A DNA stretch of 64,000 nucleotides from contig OZ316897.1 of the NCBI GenBank assembly GCA_973895155.1, positions 2,991,416 to 3,055,415 on the forward strand, given 5' to 3'. The notes under the pieces were generated by a model. The model was not told the DNA's origin and made no database searches. It saw only the letters and a list, made by a program, of their open reading frames with translations. This stretch comes from Marsupella aquatica (Eukaryota; Plantae; Marchantiophyta). Shown here in pieces: positions 45,601 through 57,139 of the stretch. Made by a program: the position numbers and the translations under genes. Within the stretch, counting starts at the first letter, position 1; every line of letters starts with the position of its first letter.

Positions 45601-45966
45601 AAACCCTCGGACTATGAAAGAAAGCTTGTTTGTCAATGTGATAGAGAACCTGGTTTTTTTTACCTGCGCAGTTTATTTAACCTGGCATTTTTGTTTTTCA
45701 AAGCATTTCTGGTGAGACTGCAAAGAGTGTCACAGTGAGAGAGTTTGCGCGCGGTCCTCATTCACTTTCACTGTACTAAGCTTTTGGTGTATGTTGAGAC
45801 TATTGATGTTTTATTGAGCTTTTTGTTGTGTGTGGGACTTGTGCAGGGGTTTTGTATTGAATTATCACAGAGCAGCAATTCTAAGCATCTGTTTGGAGGA
45901 TTCAAGTAAGCTTCATTTTGTTGCAGAGCAGCAGACGGTTTCTTATAGTTTATGGTTTAGTGTACC

Positions 45967-46371
45967 ATGAGTCGTAGACAAGCCATTCCACAAAAAGCCA
46001 CACCTAGTTCAGTATCAAACCCCATTTTCCAAGGCGTGAATGCCATCTTAGTTCAAAATGGATTTTCCAAAGCTCGTTTTCAAGTCTTTCACAAAAAGCT
46101 GATAGAACGTCATGGTGGACAATGTGATATTCTATCCACCAAGACCACTCACATTGTTGCCGATTCATGGAAAGCAGTCCTGTCCACATGGTCCTGGTCT
46201 GATGTGAATCACTTTGTTCAAAATCAGGCAATGAAAGTTGTCTCATTTGAATGGATGTGTGAATCCTTAAAGGTAGGGGTACGTCTGCAAGAAGGCCCTT
46301 TCAACTTAATGTTGACTGAGGTAGAATCTGAGGCTCACAATACCAAGAGGAAACTAGAAATGATTAAATAG
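45967..46371 (+). CDS. Stand-alone BRCT-domain protein (Pol-lambda N-terminal-like), transposon-associated
   Basis: IFQGVNAILV...LIERHGG...STKTTHIVA...VVSFEWMCESLKVGVRLQEGPF matches the BRCT consensus (F.G, GG, THxV, WxxxS). Confidence 0.82.
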   Translation: MSRRQAIPQKATPSSVSNPIFQGVNAILVQNGFSKARFQVFHKKLIERHGGQCDILSTKTTHIVADSWKAVLSTWSWSDVNHFVQNQAMKVVSFEWMCESLKVGVRLQEGPFNLMLTEVESEAHNTKRKLEMIK

Positions 46372-46709
46372 GATGAGGCAAATGCCCTTTGGCAAAGTGT
46401 AAACTTGATCATACCAAAACGCAGGTGTATATAGGACTGGTTACGTTTTCCAAGTGTATCCCTGTGTTTGGTGCAGTTTACATAATAAAGACCTGCTTGT
46501 CTGATGCAAATGTTTGCATATAGGAGTCTGTCTATTTTTGGACGCTATCTACTCTGTATGTTTGTTTGATACTTGTATGCATGAAATATAACTTCAACTC
46601 CCTTTCTTTCTTGCAAGGATCAATTGGTAGAAGTCGGGAATTGGGGAGGTTGTGTTCAGGCCCTTGCTAAGGTCAATCCCGATACCTTGTTTGTTGTGGC
46701 CTTGTCATT

Positions 46710-47099
46710 TTGTTGGAGTGGGCACAATCTGTGTGTACTGCACTGAAGATGGTTGTCACACGTAGTGTATTGTCTGAGTACCATCGACAGAAGGGTGAGC
46801 GCTTTCGTGTGAAGATGATCCATTCTGGGATCGTGCCTACAGACTGTGCTGTGACCTGGGGCTATCCATCTGTGCCTCGCAACCATTACCGGAGGCTAAG
46901 TACATCCCCACCAGCCCCAAACAGTATCCGTCTAGTTAAACAGACAGATGGGGTGCTGGATGAGGACCGTGTCTTCTTGGAGGCTTGTCTCCATTGTCAC
47001 ACCCATACATGTGATCGTTGTAGGGGAGGTGACTCTAACATAGTGCAGACTTTTGCACAGTACATGGCAAGAATGTCGTGGGGTGGTTGCCTGGCATGA
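46710..47099 (+). other. Unassigned ORF or decayed coding segment between the BRCT and PHD genes
   Basis: 129 open codons, co-oriented with neighbours; CLHCHTHTCDRC motif; no family recognised. Confidence 0.3.
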
Positions 47100-47367
47100 A
47101 ACACCTGTCATTTCATCAATGATTGTGTCTATGGTGGGACATGTCCAGGTTCTGCCCATGATGGTGATGCACACTCAAGTTGTTGACTTCTGATTCTGCA
47201 TTGCTCACATTGCAGGATGGATCAAAGGAGCCCACAGGGAAGTCATGCCCCTGGTGGTGCCTACTGGCTATGATTGCTGGTGGACTATCGCTCCTTCTGG
47301 TACATCACATGCCTGCCCCTCTGCCTGCCCCTAATTTTTGAAGGTAATTTTGCAGATCTTGTTCAGC

Positions 47368-48067
47368 ATGACACACATTGCTCGTCAGTTGCTGGATCCA
47401 AGATTTGGGCATAGGGAGCACCTTCGTATGGATCCCCCTTGCTGTTTTGAATGTGATGAGGGAGGAACTGTTTTGTTCTGTGATGACCCTTGTGGTCGCC
47501 ATTTTCATTATGTAGTTGATGGCCACAACCCCGATGAGGAAGATGGCCATGGACCTACATGTCAGCGGATTGTCATTTCCAGAGGTCATGATTGGGCTGC
47601 AGCTTGGCTTTGTGACCTCTATCAGCAAAACAGAGGAAGATGTTTTGGTTGTGGACTCCTTGGCAGAACCTTGAGACCCACCACAGACGAGCCCCTTGTG
47701 ATCCAGTGTTCTCATGATGACTGCTACTCATTTTACCATGTGGGTTGTCTTCGGACACTTCTGCGATATATTGGGGGAAATGCCTTTCACCCGCCATCCA
47801 GATAACCCTGATGCACATCCCGATGCTCTTATATGCCCACGACATTACTGTGAGGTCTGTAAGGAGTATCGGGAGGGCATTTGGGATTTTGTCCAATGTC
47901 GTAGATGCCCTCGTGCATGGTGTCGTGATGAAGGACCAACAACAGACAAGCACTTGAGGAGAAGGGTGAGGGGCCGAGACACCTGGGACATTGGACAGTG
48001 GCGCATGATTTACTGTACTTGCCATGTCATCCCAGAGGGTTCTGATATCCCAAGTACCCATGACTAG
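47368..48067 (+). pseudogene. Stand-alone EDM2/NSD-type composite PHD finger gene, frameshift near the G-run at 47773-47777
   Basis: CFECDEGGTVLFCDDPCGRHFH...RCFGCGLLG...QCSHDDCYSFYHVGC | ICPRHYCEVC...QCRRCPRAW...MIYCTCHVI. Confidence 0.85.
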
Positions 48068-48147
48068 ACCAGCATGACTGCTACTAATTCCACCATCTTA
48101 TAACTTGAACCTTTTTTGTAGTGGACCCATAAGACAACCTAAATTAT

Positions 48148-48385
48148 ACTTAAATATTTGGTTGAATGCTATGGATCGACTTAAGTATTTGGTTGAATGC
48201 TATGGATCGACTTAAGTATTTGGTTGAATGCTATGGATTGACTTAAGTATTTGGTTGAATGCTATGGATCGACTTAAGTATTTGGTTGAATGCTATGGAC
48301 TTAAGTATTTCGATGAATGAAATGGACTTAAGTATTTGGTTGAACGAAGTGGAAGTTTGATGAACTGAAATGGACTTAAGTAAGT
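48148..48385. repeat. 31-bp minisatellite, about 5 near-perfect plus degenerate copies
   Basis: acttaagtatttggttgaatgctatggatcg at 48148, 48179, 48210, 48241, 48272; no spacers. Confidence 0.95.
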
Positions 48386-48535
48386 TTCATTGACTACAAT
48401 AGATTGAGTGTTCAAATGACATTGTGAATGGTTGACTTGAGTCCTGATCTTTTTCCATGTCTGTCCATTGTTGTATGACAGGTTCATGTACCTAATCCCT
48501 ATCCCTTACTTTCACAGCCTGTATAACTGTCCATC

Positions 48536-51500
48536 ATGGCACACCTAGGCATGAGCTCTGTCAGATTGGTAGAAAAGGGTGAGGAGGGAGGAAAGCCTGA
48601 TACGCCAATCTGTGTCATGTCCTTCAAAGAAGGGCAGACTCTGGCAGATTTTTGTCTGAAATGTGTTGGTGCAATAGAGTTTGACTTTGATTTTTGGGAT
48701 GAGAGGTTGCCTGGTCGAGTCCGACGCTTTTCAGAGAAGACTGTTGGGGTGACTGAACTTCAAGGGACAATTTATGTGATTGCAGAGTTACCCTCAGTTG
48801 CCTTGCCTGCTGAGAGGGTCACTATTGGTTCCTCTCATTCATCTGCTGCCACTGTGTCCAATGTGGCAGGCACAACTCCATTGTCTCAAGGACAAACACA
48901 AGGGGTGCCAGTACAGGCTACTGTACAGCCTGTCACAGGCTCCTTTGAGTCTCACCTCAAGTCTGAGGCTGCATCAAAGGCCTGGAATGATGAGTGGTTG
49001 AAGCTACGATCCTGGGTGAACCAGAAGGGCTTTGGTGAGCACAAGTGGAAAGTGCGAACATGGGATGAGGGAGGGGAGTGTCGAGGTCATCTAGAATGCT
49101 TAGAGTGTAGGGAAACTTATGGGAATGCAGCCACTTCACAGGTGCTCAAGTCCATCGCAAATTGCTTTAGCAACTTCAAGACAAAGCACCTGACCAACCC
49201 TAAACACAAGGAGAACTAATGTAAGCGAAGGGGTTTAGCTGGAGCTTTGGTGACGGCTGCTGACACTATACAGCAACCACTGTTTGATCATAGTATGCAA
49301 ATAGGGGCTGGTGTGGAAATAGTTGGAAAGTTGAATGCAGAGGTAGGTGGCGTGGTAGAAGTGTTCTCTATCACACCATCTCCCACTGATCCAACATTTG
49401 CACAGAGGTTATTCCTGTTTAAGGTTAGATGTACAGTCTGTGGCAAGCTACATACTGACATGTGCCCTAAGAAATCCAATTTGGAACACAATTTAAGGCA
49501 ACACCTTGTCAGTCGAGATCATATGGATGCACTTGAGAATGTCATCACCAGTACCCAGGCTGCACTGAGGGCAGGGAAGAAGGGGAGACCAAGGAAGCCT
49601 GATGCTCGTGATCTGTTTCCATCTCAAAATTCTATTCTGAATTTCTTTAGAGAGGACAACTCTACTGTAGGGAGCAGTTCAGGCAGAGGTGGGTTGTATT
49701 CCTCCGTTGAGCCAAGTTTAAGTTTGCTTTGTTGGGGCCTGTGGGAGTTAGAGGTCAAGTGGACAGGGGATTCTATGGCTGTGAAGGGCATACTTGATGA
49801 TCAAGAGGGAGGGAATGTCTAGGACTGTGACCGTACCACCTGTGCTGAGGTTTTCAATGTAACTAGCCAGTCAGTTGTTGGTATACAGGGTTGTTTTAGG
49901 CACAAGCAATGTCACAGGGTGTCCATTAATTAATGGAGGTGGTTTTCAAAACCTCACTTGCACTCTATGTGATTCAATAAAATGTGAAGATGATTTTTGT
50001 GGCAGGGTGCACAGGGAAGCGGAAGCATTAGTGCAAAGAGGAGACAGCTGTCAGGACTACACAGGGTGGGATAAGGTTGGCATACTTGACCAAAACCGAA
50101 CTGAGGGAACATGTTGGTAACCTCAACACTCGCTTTAGGAAACAGCATTGACTGTTGGCACAACAGGCTCAGAAAATTTGTGCCTTGAGTGTTAGGCAAA
50201 AGAAGCTAGAAGATTTATTAGGAGTAGCCCATGATAGGAAAGATTTAAGACTGTTTCTGAGAAATATTGTGAATGGACATAGGCGTGGTGCTTTTGGTGG
50301 CAAGGAAGGGTTGTGGGATTTCCTGACAGATGTAGCTAAGAACTTGCAGAGAGTTGCTAAGGGTTATCGATACACTAAGAGAACCAAGGCCTTTTCCCAA
50401 GCCATGTTCCAGTTTGGAGGTAGACAAGTGGCTCATTATTTCCAGGCAAACCTAGGTGGTCCAGGTCTGAAGACCTTGAAACGTGATAGAGCAAAACTAC
50501 CACCCTTTAGAGCTGGCATTCGAAAAGAGATATTCCAGGAGGTGTGCAGAGTACTATGTGCATCAAAGCAGTCACTTGGAATTTCAGGAGATGTACCAGT
50601 AATGTTTGCTGAGGATGAAACAAGGATAAAAGAGAGACCCGGGTTTGTGTTTTTGTCTCTGTAGTAAATTAGCTTGTTCTTTTGAATGTGTTGGATGAGT
50701 TTGCACGTCATGAGCTGATGTGTGTTTTGTATTGTGTGTGACAGATGGGAAGCTAAATATGACACCCTCATTGGTTTTTGTGGCCCCTTAGAGGAGCACA
50801 CATGTTCTTTTGGCTTGGAAGTACTGGTTGGAGCAGGTACTAAAGGGTATGACAAGATTGTAAGTACTTTTGAGCAATATGCCAAAGGCATGTATGCTAG
50901 AGTAATCATTGTCAATCCTCTACATGCAAAGATGCCTAAATTGGCATTGTGTGTTCTACCAACATGTAACAAGTTTAGAGCTCCCTGGGTAAGAGAGCAT
51001 TGGGTGCAGCTGAAGTCCATGTGGAACACACATTGCAGAGACAGTGTTGGTTCTTTGTTGGGCCATGCTAGTGATGGTGATGCTCGTCGTAGGAGATTGA
51101 TGATGGAAGATTATACTGCTGTGAATGGTTCCTTTCCTAGGTATAGTGTAGGATGGGTTGGGTGGCAATACTCAGTGTCCATACTTCCGAATTGAGATCT
51201 ATATGGTTTTGGAGACCAAGACCCACCTCACAATGGCAAGAAGGCAATTAACCCATTGGACCGAGTGTTTGCTATGTTAGTTCTTGGTGATCAGCATGCA
51301 TCTTTGTCATATGTCACATCTGTTTATAACCATTATGCAATTCATGAGCATGGTTTGCATTGGGATGATGTGAATAGGACAGATAGACAAAATTGGGCTG
51401 GCCCACAACGAATAGCTTCCAGGAGAGTGCAGGCCTGCCTACAGCATATGTATGAGCAACGAGATGTTCGTCATGACAGAAGCTTTGGGACCATGATATA

Positions 51501-52962
51501 GAGGTTTGTGCAGACTACATGGATATTTTCTTCTCTGTTAAGCACGACCTAAGAACCCGTGTTGTCTTGGCATCAAAGGTATCTTGGTTCTTCCAATTGT
51601 GGAGGCTATGGTTGAGGTATGGTGATCATTTTGTGACAGGGAATGCTGGATCTATCACAGAGAAGAACATGATTTCTGTGCAGGCTTTCCATGATATCAA
51701 CATGTCTTGTCATTTTGTAGTATTGTTAATCTATGCCTTTCGGGACAAGTTCCCATATCTGCAAGTTCCATTTCACTTGTTGGGATCAGATTGTTGTGAG
51801 ATATTTTTTAGCAAGGTAGGTGGCATGAGTGGCCATGAGAGAAATTATGACTTTGGATCTCTACTGGACAGTGTAGTGGGACTGAATCAACTAGCTGAAT
51901 TAGAGTATGGACCAGAGGGATTGAAGATACGTCGATCACATGATAAACAGGATCATGTTTGGGCAACTTTACATCCTTTGGATGAAGGAGAACAAGCTCC
52001 AAATTTATTTGATTACTCTGCAGTTCAGACTAATGAGCTAGTTGTTGATGCTCTAAAGGAAGGTTTGCAGGAAGCAAAGGATTTGTTGTGCAAGCTGAAC
52101 ATGTCACCAAGGAGTTCTTTGCCAGCAGCGAAAAGACGATGGTGGGTTCATCCTTGGGAGGTGGAGGCAGAGACTTGGCCGGATACAAGTGTCATGAAAG
52201 AGGCTGTGTTATGTGATGATGCTGAAGACACAATTGAGCATCGATCTACTATAGGCCCTAGACCTGAGCCCCCAATTGGAGAGTTTCTAGAGTTTGAAGA
52301 TCCTGAAGAAGATCTCAATCGGATTGATTCATGGGACACTCTGGACAGTCAGGATTGTATTGAGCCACTAATAGTTGATGATTGTTCGATTGAGGTGGAC
52401 ACTAACCCATTTTGTGAGATGGAGACACTAGGACATGAAGTAAGGCATGTCTTGGCTGGAGTTCAAGCAGACTTAACTGATGTGTAGACACCCGGGTCAG
52501 TAGTGTCTACTATAACTTATGAGGGAAGGACTATCTACAAGTCCACTCCTGTGAGTCAATTGTGCTGCAATCCTTTTATGTCAAAGGATAGGCTAACTAG
52601 GATAGCCCAGAAGACCTATTACACTACTGGGAAGGAGAAGGAAAATGGTGACTCTGTGACTTGTTTGGTTGACATTGGTACTGATATAGCAGTTTTGTTT
52701 GAGTCTGCTACACAGGTTGGTCCTTCTACCAGATCATCCAAGTCAAAGAAGAGGAAGGGAATATATAAAGGGCCTATTGTTGACGCAACATCTGCAAAGA
52801 AGGAATATTGGTTGGGTAGGATTGAGTTTATGATATAGAAGAATGGCTCCCATTGGGTCAGACGTCAGAAAGCAATAGATCTGTTGGACAGGCCTGTACC
52901 TGCAGTTGGACAGAGTGGAAGTGTGTGCCGCTTGCAGTGTAATTGGTACAAATCTATTGGTA
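48536..52962 (+). mobile_element. Decayed large DDE transposase gene, P-element/THAP9-like, interrupted by CACTA at 52963
   Basis: ORF pieces join across stops and frameshifts with one probable intron (50643-50744). Ordered motifs MFAEDETRIK, GHASDGD, DQDPPHNGKKAIN (DxxH), DDVNRTDRQNW, GSDCCEIFFS; N-terminal CxxC...H...H fingers. Confidence 0.65.
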
Positions 52963-53790
52963 CACTAGTAGAAACCGGGGGGTATTTAGACCCCATTAAA
53001 CGACTATTCAGTACCGTATAGGACTTGGAAACGACTGGGAAGGACTCCAGTCCTTTATAGGACTGCGAGTCGTATGTTTTGTTACTATAATCAACTGAGT
53101 CCTTTATAGAACTGGTTTATAAGTCGTTTAATAGACTGGATTTTCAGTCTATTTTAGTCTTTGTGTGGGTAGCTTTGGTGAGTCGTTTTCAGTCTTTTAT
53201 GGGCTGAGATGGTGAGTCGTTGGGAACGACTAAAAAGGTTATGGAGGGTAGTCTTTAAATATACTTTGTGGGGTATGTATAAGTCTTTCATGTCAACTGG
53301 ATATGAGTGATGAAGACCCCACTATATTACTTGGAATGAACCCACTCTTGTGCACAAATAACATATTGCATTCATGTTTTATTGTGTACTTGGAATGAAC
53401 TCACTCTATAAGTTCACCATTCATCATGTTAACATTAGAATACATAGTTTCAGAAAGCCATCTTCTATACCATGTACACTAATATGAATTCACAGATTCA
53501 AACTTCATAGACTACAAAGAAGGTCACAAAGTATTCCTCTATACCATACACACTAATACTGAAATGATACAAAACAGATTCAAGTATCATAGACAATCAC
53601 CATAGAGCCATAGTTTGACATCAATCACTTGTTTCATACATACAGAATTCAGAAATATCAATGTCACACACAACGGCTCCTTCATCCTCTTTACCAAATG
53701 GAAAAATTGGTACAGATATTTCTTGGATCTTTCCAAGGCAATGTCAAAATGTGACACAATTCACATGATTCTATTTACACTTGCATTCAG

Positions 53791-56700
53791 TCACTGCAGA
53801 CTAACACACTCTGATGGCCAAAGCACAAGAGATCCTACTGCATCTGCAATTATTTCCTGAGGTGGATCATCGTCTCTATTCGGAAATGGCAAATTACAAT
53901 CAGATACAATCACTGTAGTCAACAACACTACTACATGGTCATCCGGGACCACTTTGCCATGGAATTTTGCATGATCCGGTCGCAAAATGCATGTACCCAC
54001 ACATACCTGCGAGTCATCCTCCCATGATAGAAGATTATGGACTGGCTCTGCTGTGGCTATCACCTCCACCTTACCCTGGCTGTTTTTCTTGGCTTTCCTG
54101 GGTGGCTTATACATGACATTATTCATACCTTGGTTGCGAGTCATGACTTTGGCACGAGTGTTTTGTGCTGGTGATCGAGAATTGGCTACACTCTTCTTCA
54201 AAGAATCTGCATCCATATTTGACACTTCTGATTGTGTAGCAGGATTTCCTTGCGACATCATCTCAGTATCTGCCAACATTGTACTTGCTTCAATTGAAGC
54301 ATCTACAATCTTACTTGCATCCAATGTTGCTCCCAAGTTTCGACGTCGCTTCACCCTGCTCCCACTTGGTTGAGAGTCTGTCAACTCTGCATCAACTACA
54401 ATTCAGTGTCATGTCCAACATAAGTCAATCACTCATCACATGTGCTAAATGTACATGTCACCAACCACAAAGTTGTCACTATCTCCTTACCATTATGAAC
54501 AGCCTTCTTCCCCTTCTTTGCCATTGCCATATGCTCCATGTCTGCTTCTATTGATCAATAAACACACCACAATATTCAAGTTGAATCTATTAACCACTGA
54601 ATTGTTTCTCAACGTTCATATAGAGGAATTTAAAGCATCAGCTTACCTGATACCTCCTTGGCTATGGTCACTAAGGCACTGGGCACATCTTCTTCATTAT
54701 TGCTCTTTGAATCACCTGATACATCAATCATGATGTCACTTCAGATCCCAGTTCATCCAACCAGTTCTTACAGAAAAGATTACCTCCAACCGGCTTAAGC
54801 TTCACAAAACTCCATGCACTTTTCAAATGTAATGTACTGGATCATAGCAGGTTACCTGTCTCAGCAACCTTCTTGCCCTTTTGCTTACTGATTACAGGGT
54901 CCTTCTCTGCCTCCACTCTTCCTGCATTCAAACCATTCACTCAATTCATGAAAACTTACTTCTAACATTTGAACATAGGACACAATGAACAATGGGCCGG
55001 TGTCATTTCCATACCTGTGTCAGATTTGCCAATTCCCTTTTTTGTTAACAAGGGCACACTTTGTACAATGTTGCCCTCATTGTTTGGTTGGGAACCACCC
55101 AATTTTTCAATCATAAGCTTGAAATTAGATTCCACTGATGCAAGAAGGTTCGCTACAGATGCCTCCACAATATCCAAACGATCAGCCAATTTACTTTCCA
55201 CTCGAGGGAGTCCACACTCTAATGACTTCAACCGTTCACACATCTCTGTGAGTGTTGTAACAGTTCCCTGTCATAACACAGCTTACATATCTCAGATAAC
55301 TGTCCCCAAGAACTGGTTGCTTACTTCCTACTACATTTCTTTCTGATGCTCAAGGCCAAATAGTCACAGAACATACATAATTACAACATAATCACCTGTT
55401 TGGAAGTCACACTTGTCACCTCACTCCTGTGTTTCATGAACTCCTCTCTCACTTCTTATGCTGATGGTTCTTCACCTGTCAATTTCTTCTGCAGTCCACA
55501 TCAACATACATATGAATGAAACCAAGTGTTGATTGTCAATGAAAATGTAATAATGGTAGCAAGATGATAAGTTTGAGGCTTACTATCAGGCATGTCACTG
55601 CCTTACCAATTGTTCTTTCACTGGAGCATAACTTCCTCTCCCAGCCTGTGAAAGGTGTTTCACTTTGCCTCGAGCATTTGACATCAGTTCACTCTTGCTC
55701 TGTCCAGCCTCCGACATGAACCCTTTGATTAACCGTGTCCATTGATCCAGTTCCAATGATGGGGGTGGTGGCATTCTCCTGTTAGAACCATTGTCTATCC
55801 ACATCCTTTTCAACCTATGCCTCTCTTGTTTCAAAATCCTCATTGCATAATCTGATATGCAATCTTCAACTGGGCCCTTACCATCATTACCAACATAGTC
55901 CCACCGTTCAAGAATGTCCTTGCAGATAGCAGCCCAATCAGCTTTGTTCTGACTCCTAAACTGTGTAATGCTCAAATCTAACCAACGCAATACTTCTCCT
56001 CTTAGGTCAGAATGCCAACGGTTCTTACCATCACATGTGGGAGTTATCCAACCTTCGGAATTCACTTCTACTTTACCAAATTTGTTACTATCTCCTGCCT
56101 TGGTACTCCCTGAAGCGCTACTAGGTGTCCCTCCACGGCCTGGTGTCCCCCCACGGCCTGGGGTCCCTCCACGGCCTGATCTCCCCCCACGGCCTGGATT
56201 GCATTGTCCAAACCTCCCTGGAGTCCCTGCACATTTACAGGATCCATTTACAGTCACTTACATTAGGTAAGTATGAATCATAAATCCTGCTGCCAAATAT
56301 ACACTGGACTTCAGAGCAATTCTGCAATGACCAAGTTACCTCTCCCTTGGCGCATAGATGGTTCTGGACCACCTGTCCTATTGCTTTGTCTTGATGAATT
56401 AGGGCCGTTTCTCCCGCCTGTGAATGATTGCCGCCTATCTAAACGTGGATAGCCTTTGTTGTTTTCGTGATTGTCCCAATCAGAGTCTGCATACCAACAG
56501 GTACATGCCACACTCATGGACCTGTAAGATAAACTCTTTGCCCTAGCTACACATCAGATAAGTCCATATTGAGCTAAATCTCTGCTACCATCACAAAATC
56601 ACTAGCACAAGGCACTTACTTGTCCAATCATCCTCCTCACCTTTCCATTGCCCTCTGTACCCGTCTCTACCACGCTCTGGGTGTTCATATTCATCCCATC

Positions 56701-56962
56701 CATCTTCTGCTCCATCATAGTCATCATCATAATTATCAGGCGTCCCTTGCCAATAACTCTGGCTCCTTCTAGGATATGGATTATGTGATTTCTCTCTAGC
56801 TGCCCACCTACCTGGGACTTGATGAGGGCCTTGTGCATCCTGCATAGGTGCATTTTTCTGTGAGCCCCCTGCATCTGGGTCTCCATCCATATCCAATCTT
56901 TCCTCTTCACCCCACTCTCCAAGCCCCATGTCTGTCTCCATGTCATCACCCTCTTCCCCCAT
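53791..56962 (-). mobile_element. CACTA TnpA-like multi-exon gene(s); exon structure not resolved
   Basis: 55595-56257 ERHRLKRMW...PPPSLELDQWTRLIKGF...KSELMSNARGK...GRGSY (Ptta/En/Spm-like); 53791-54384 FHGKVVPDDHVVV...LPFP...DAVGSLVLWP (TnpA C-terminal-like); acidic and GGTPGR-repeat exons. Confidence 0.72.
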
Positions 56963-57139
56963 AGCTTCTGCACAGCACCCACAACCAAACAGGGAGAATT
57001 AGCACACTAAATTCAAAGTATCAATCAATTTCATGCATATCCAACTATCCTAAATATCATTCCAGGCAGCAATTCCCGTTTTGTGACTCTGTGCAGGTAG
57101 TCATCCTCAACCTCATACTTGCCAATCGCCAGCTGTTGC

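Noticed and set aside
48148-48385. 31-bp repeat array as CRISPR
   Set aside because: Units are head-to-tail with no unique spacers, no cas genes, eukaryotic context
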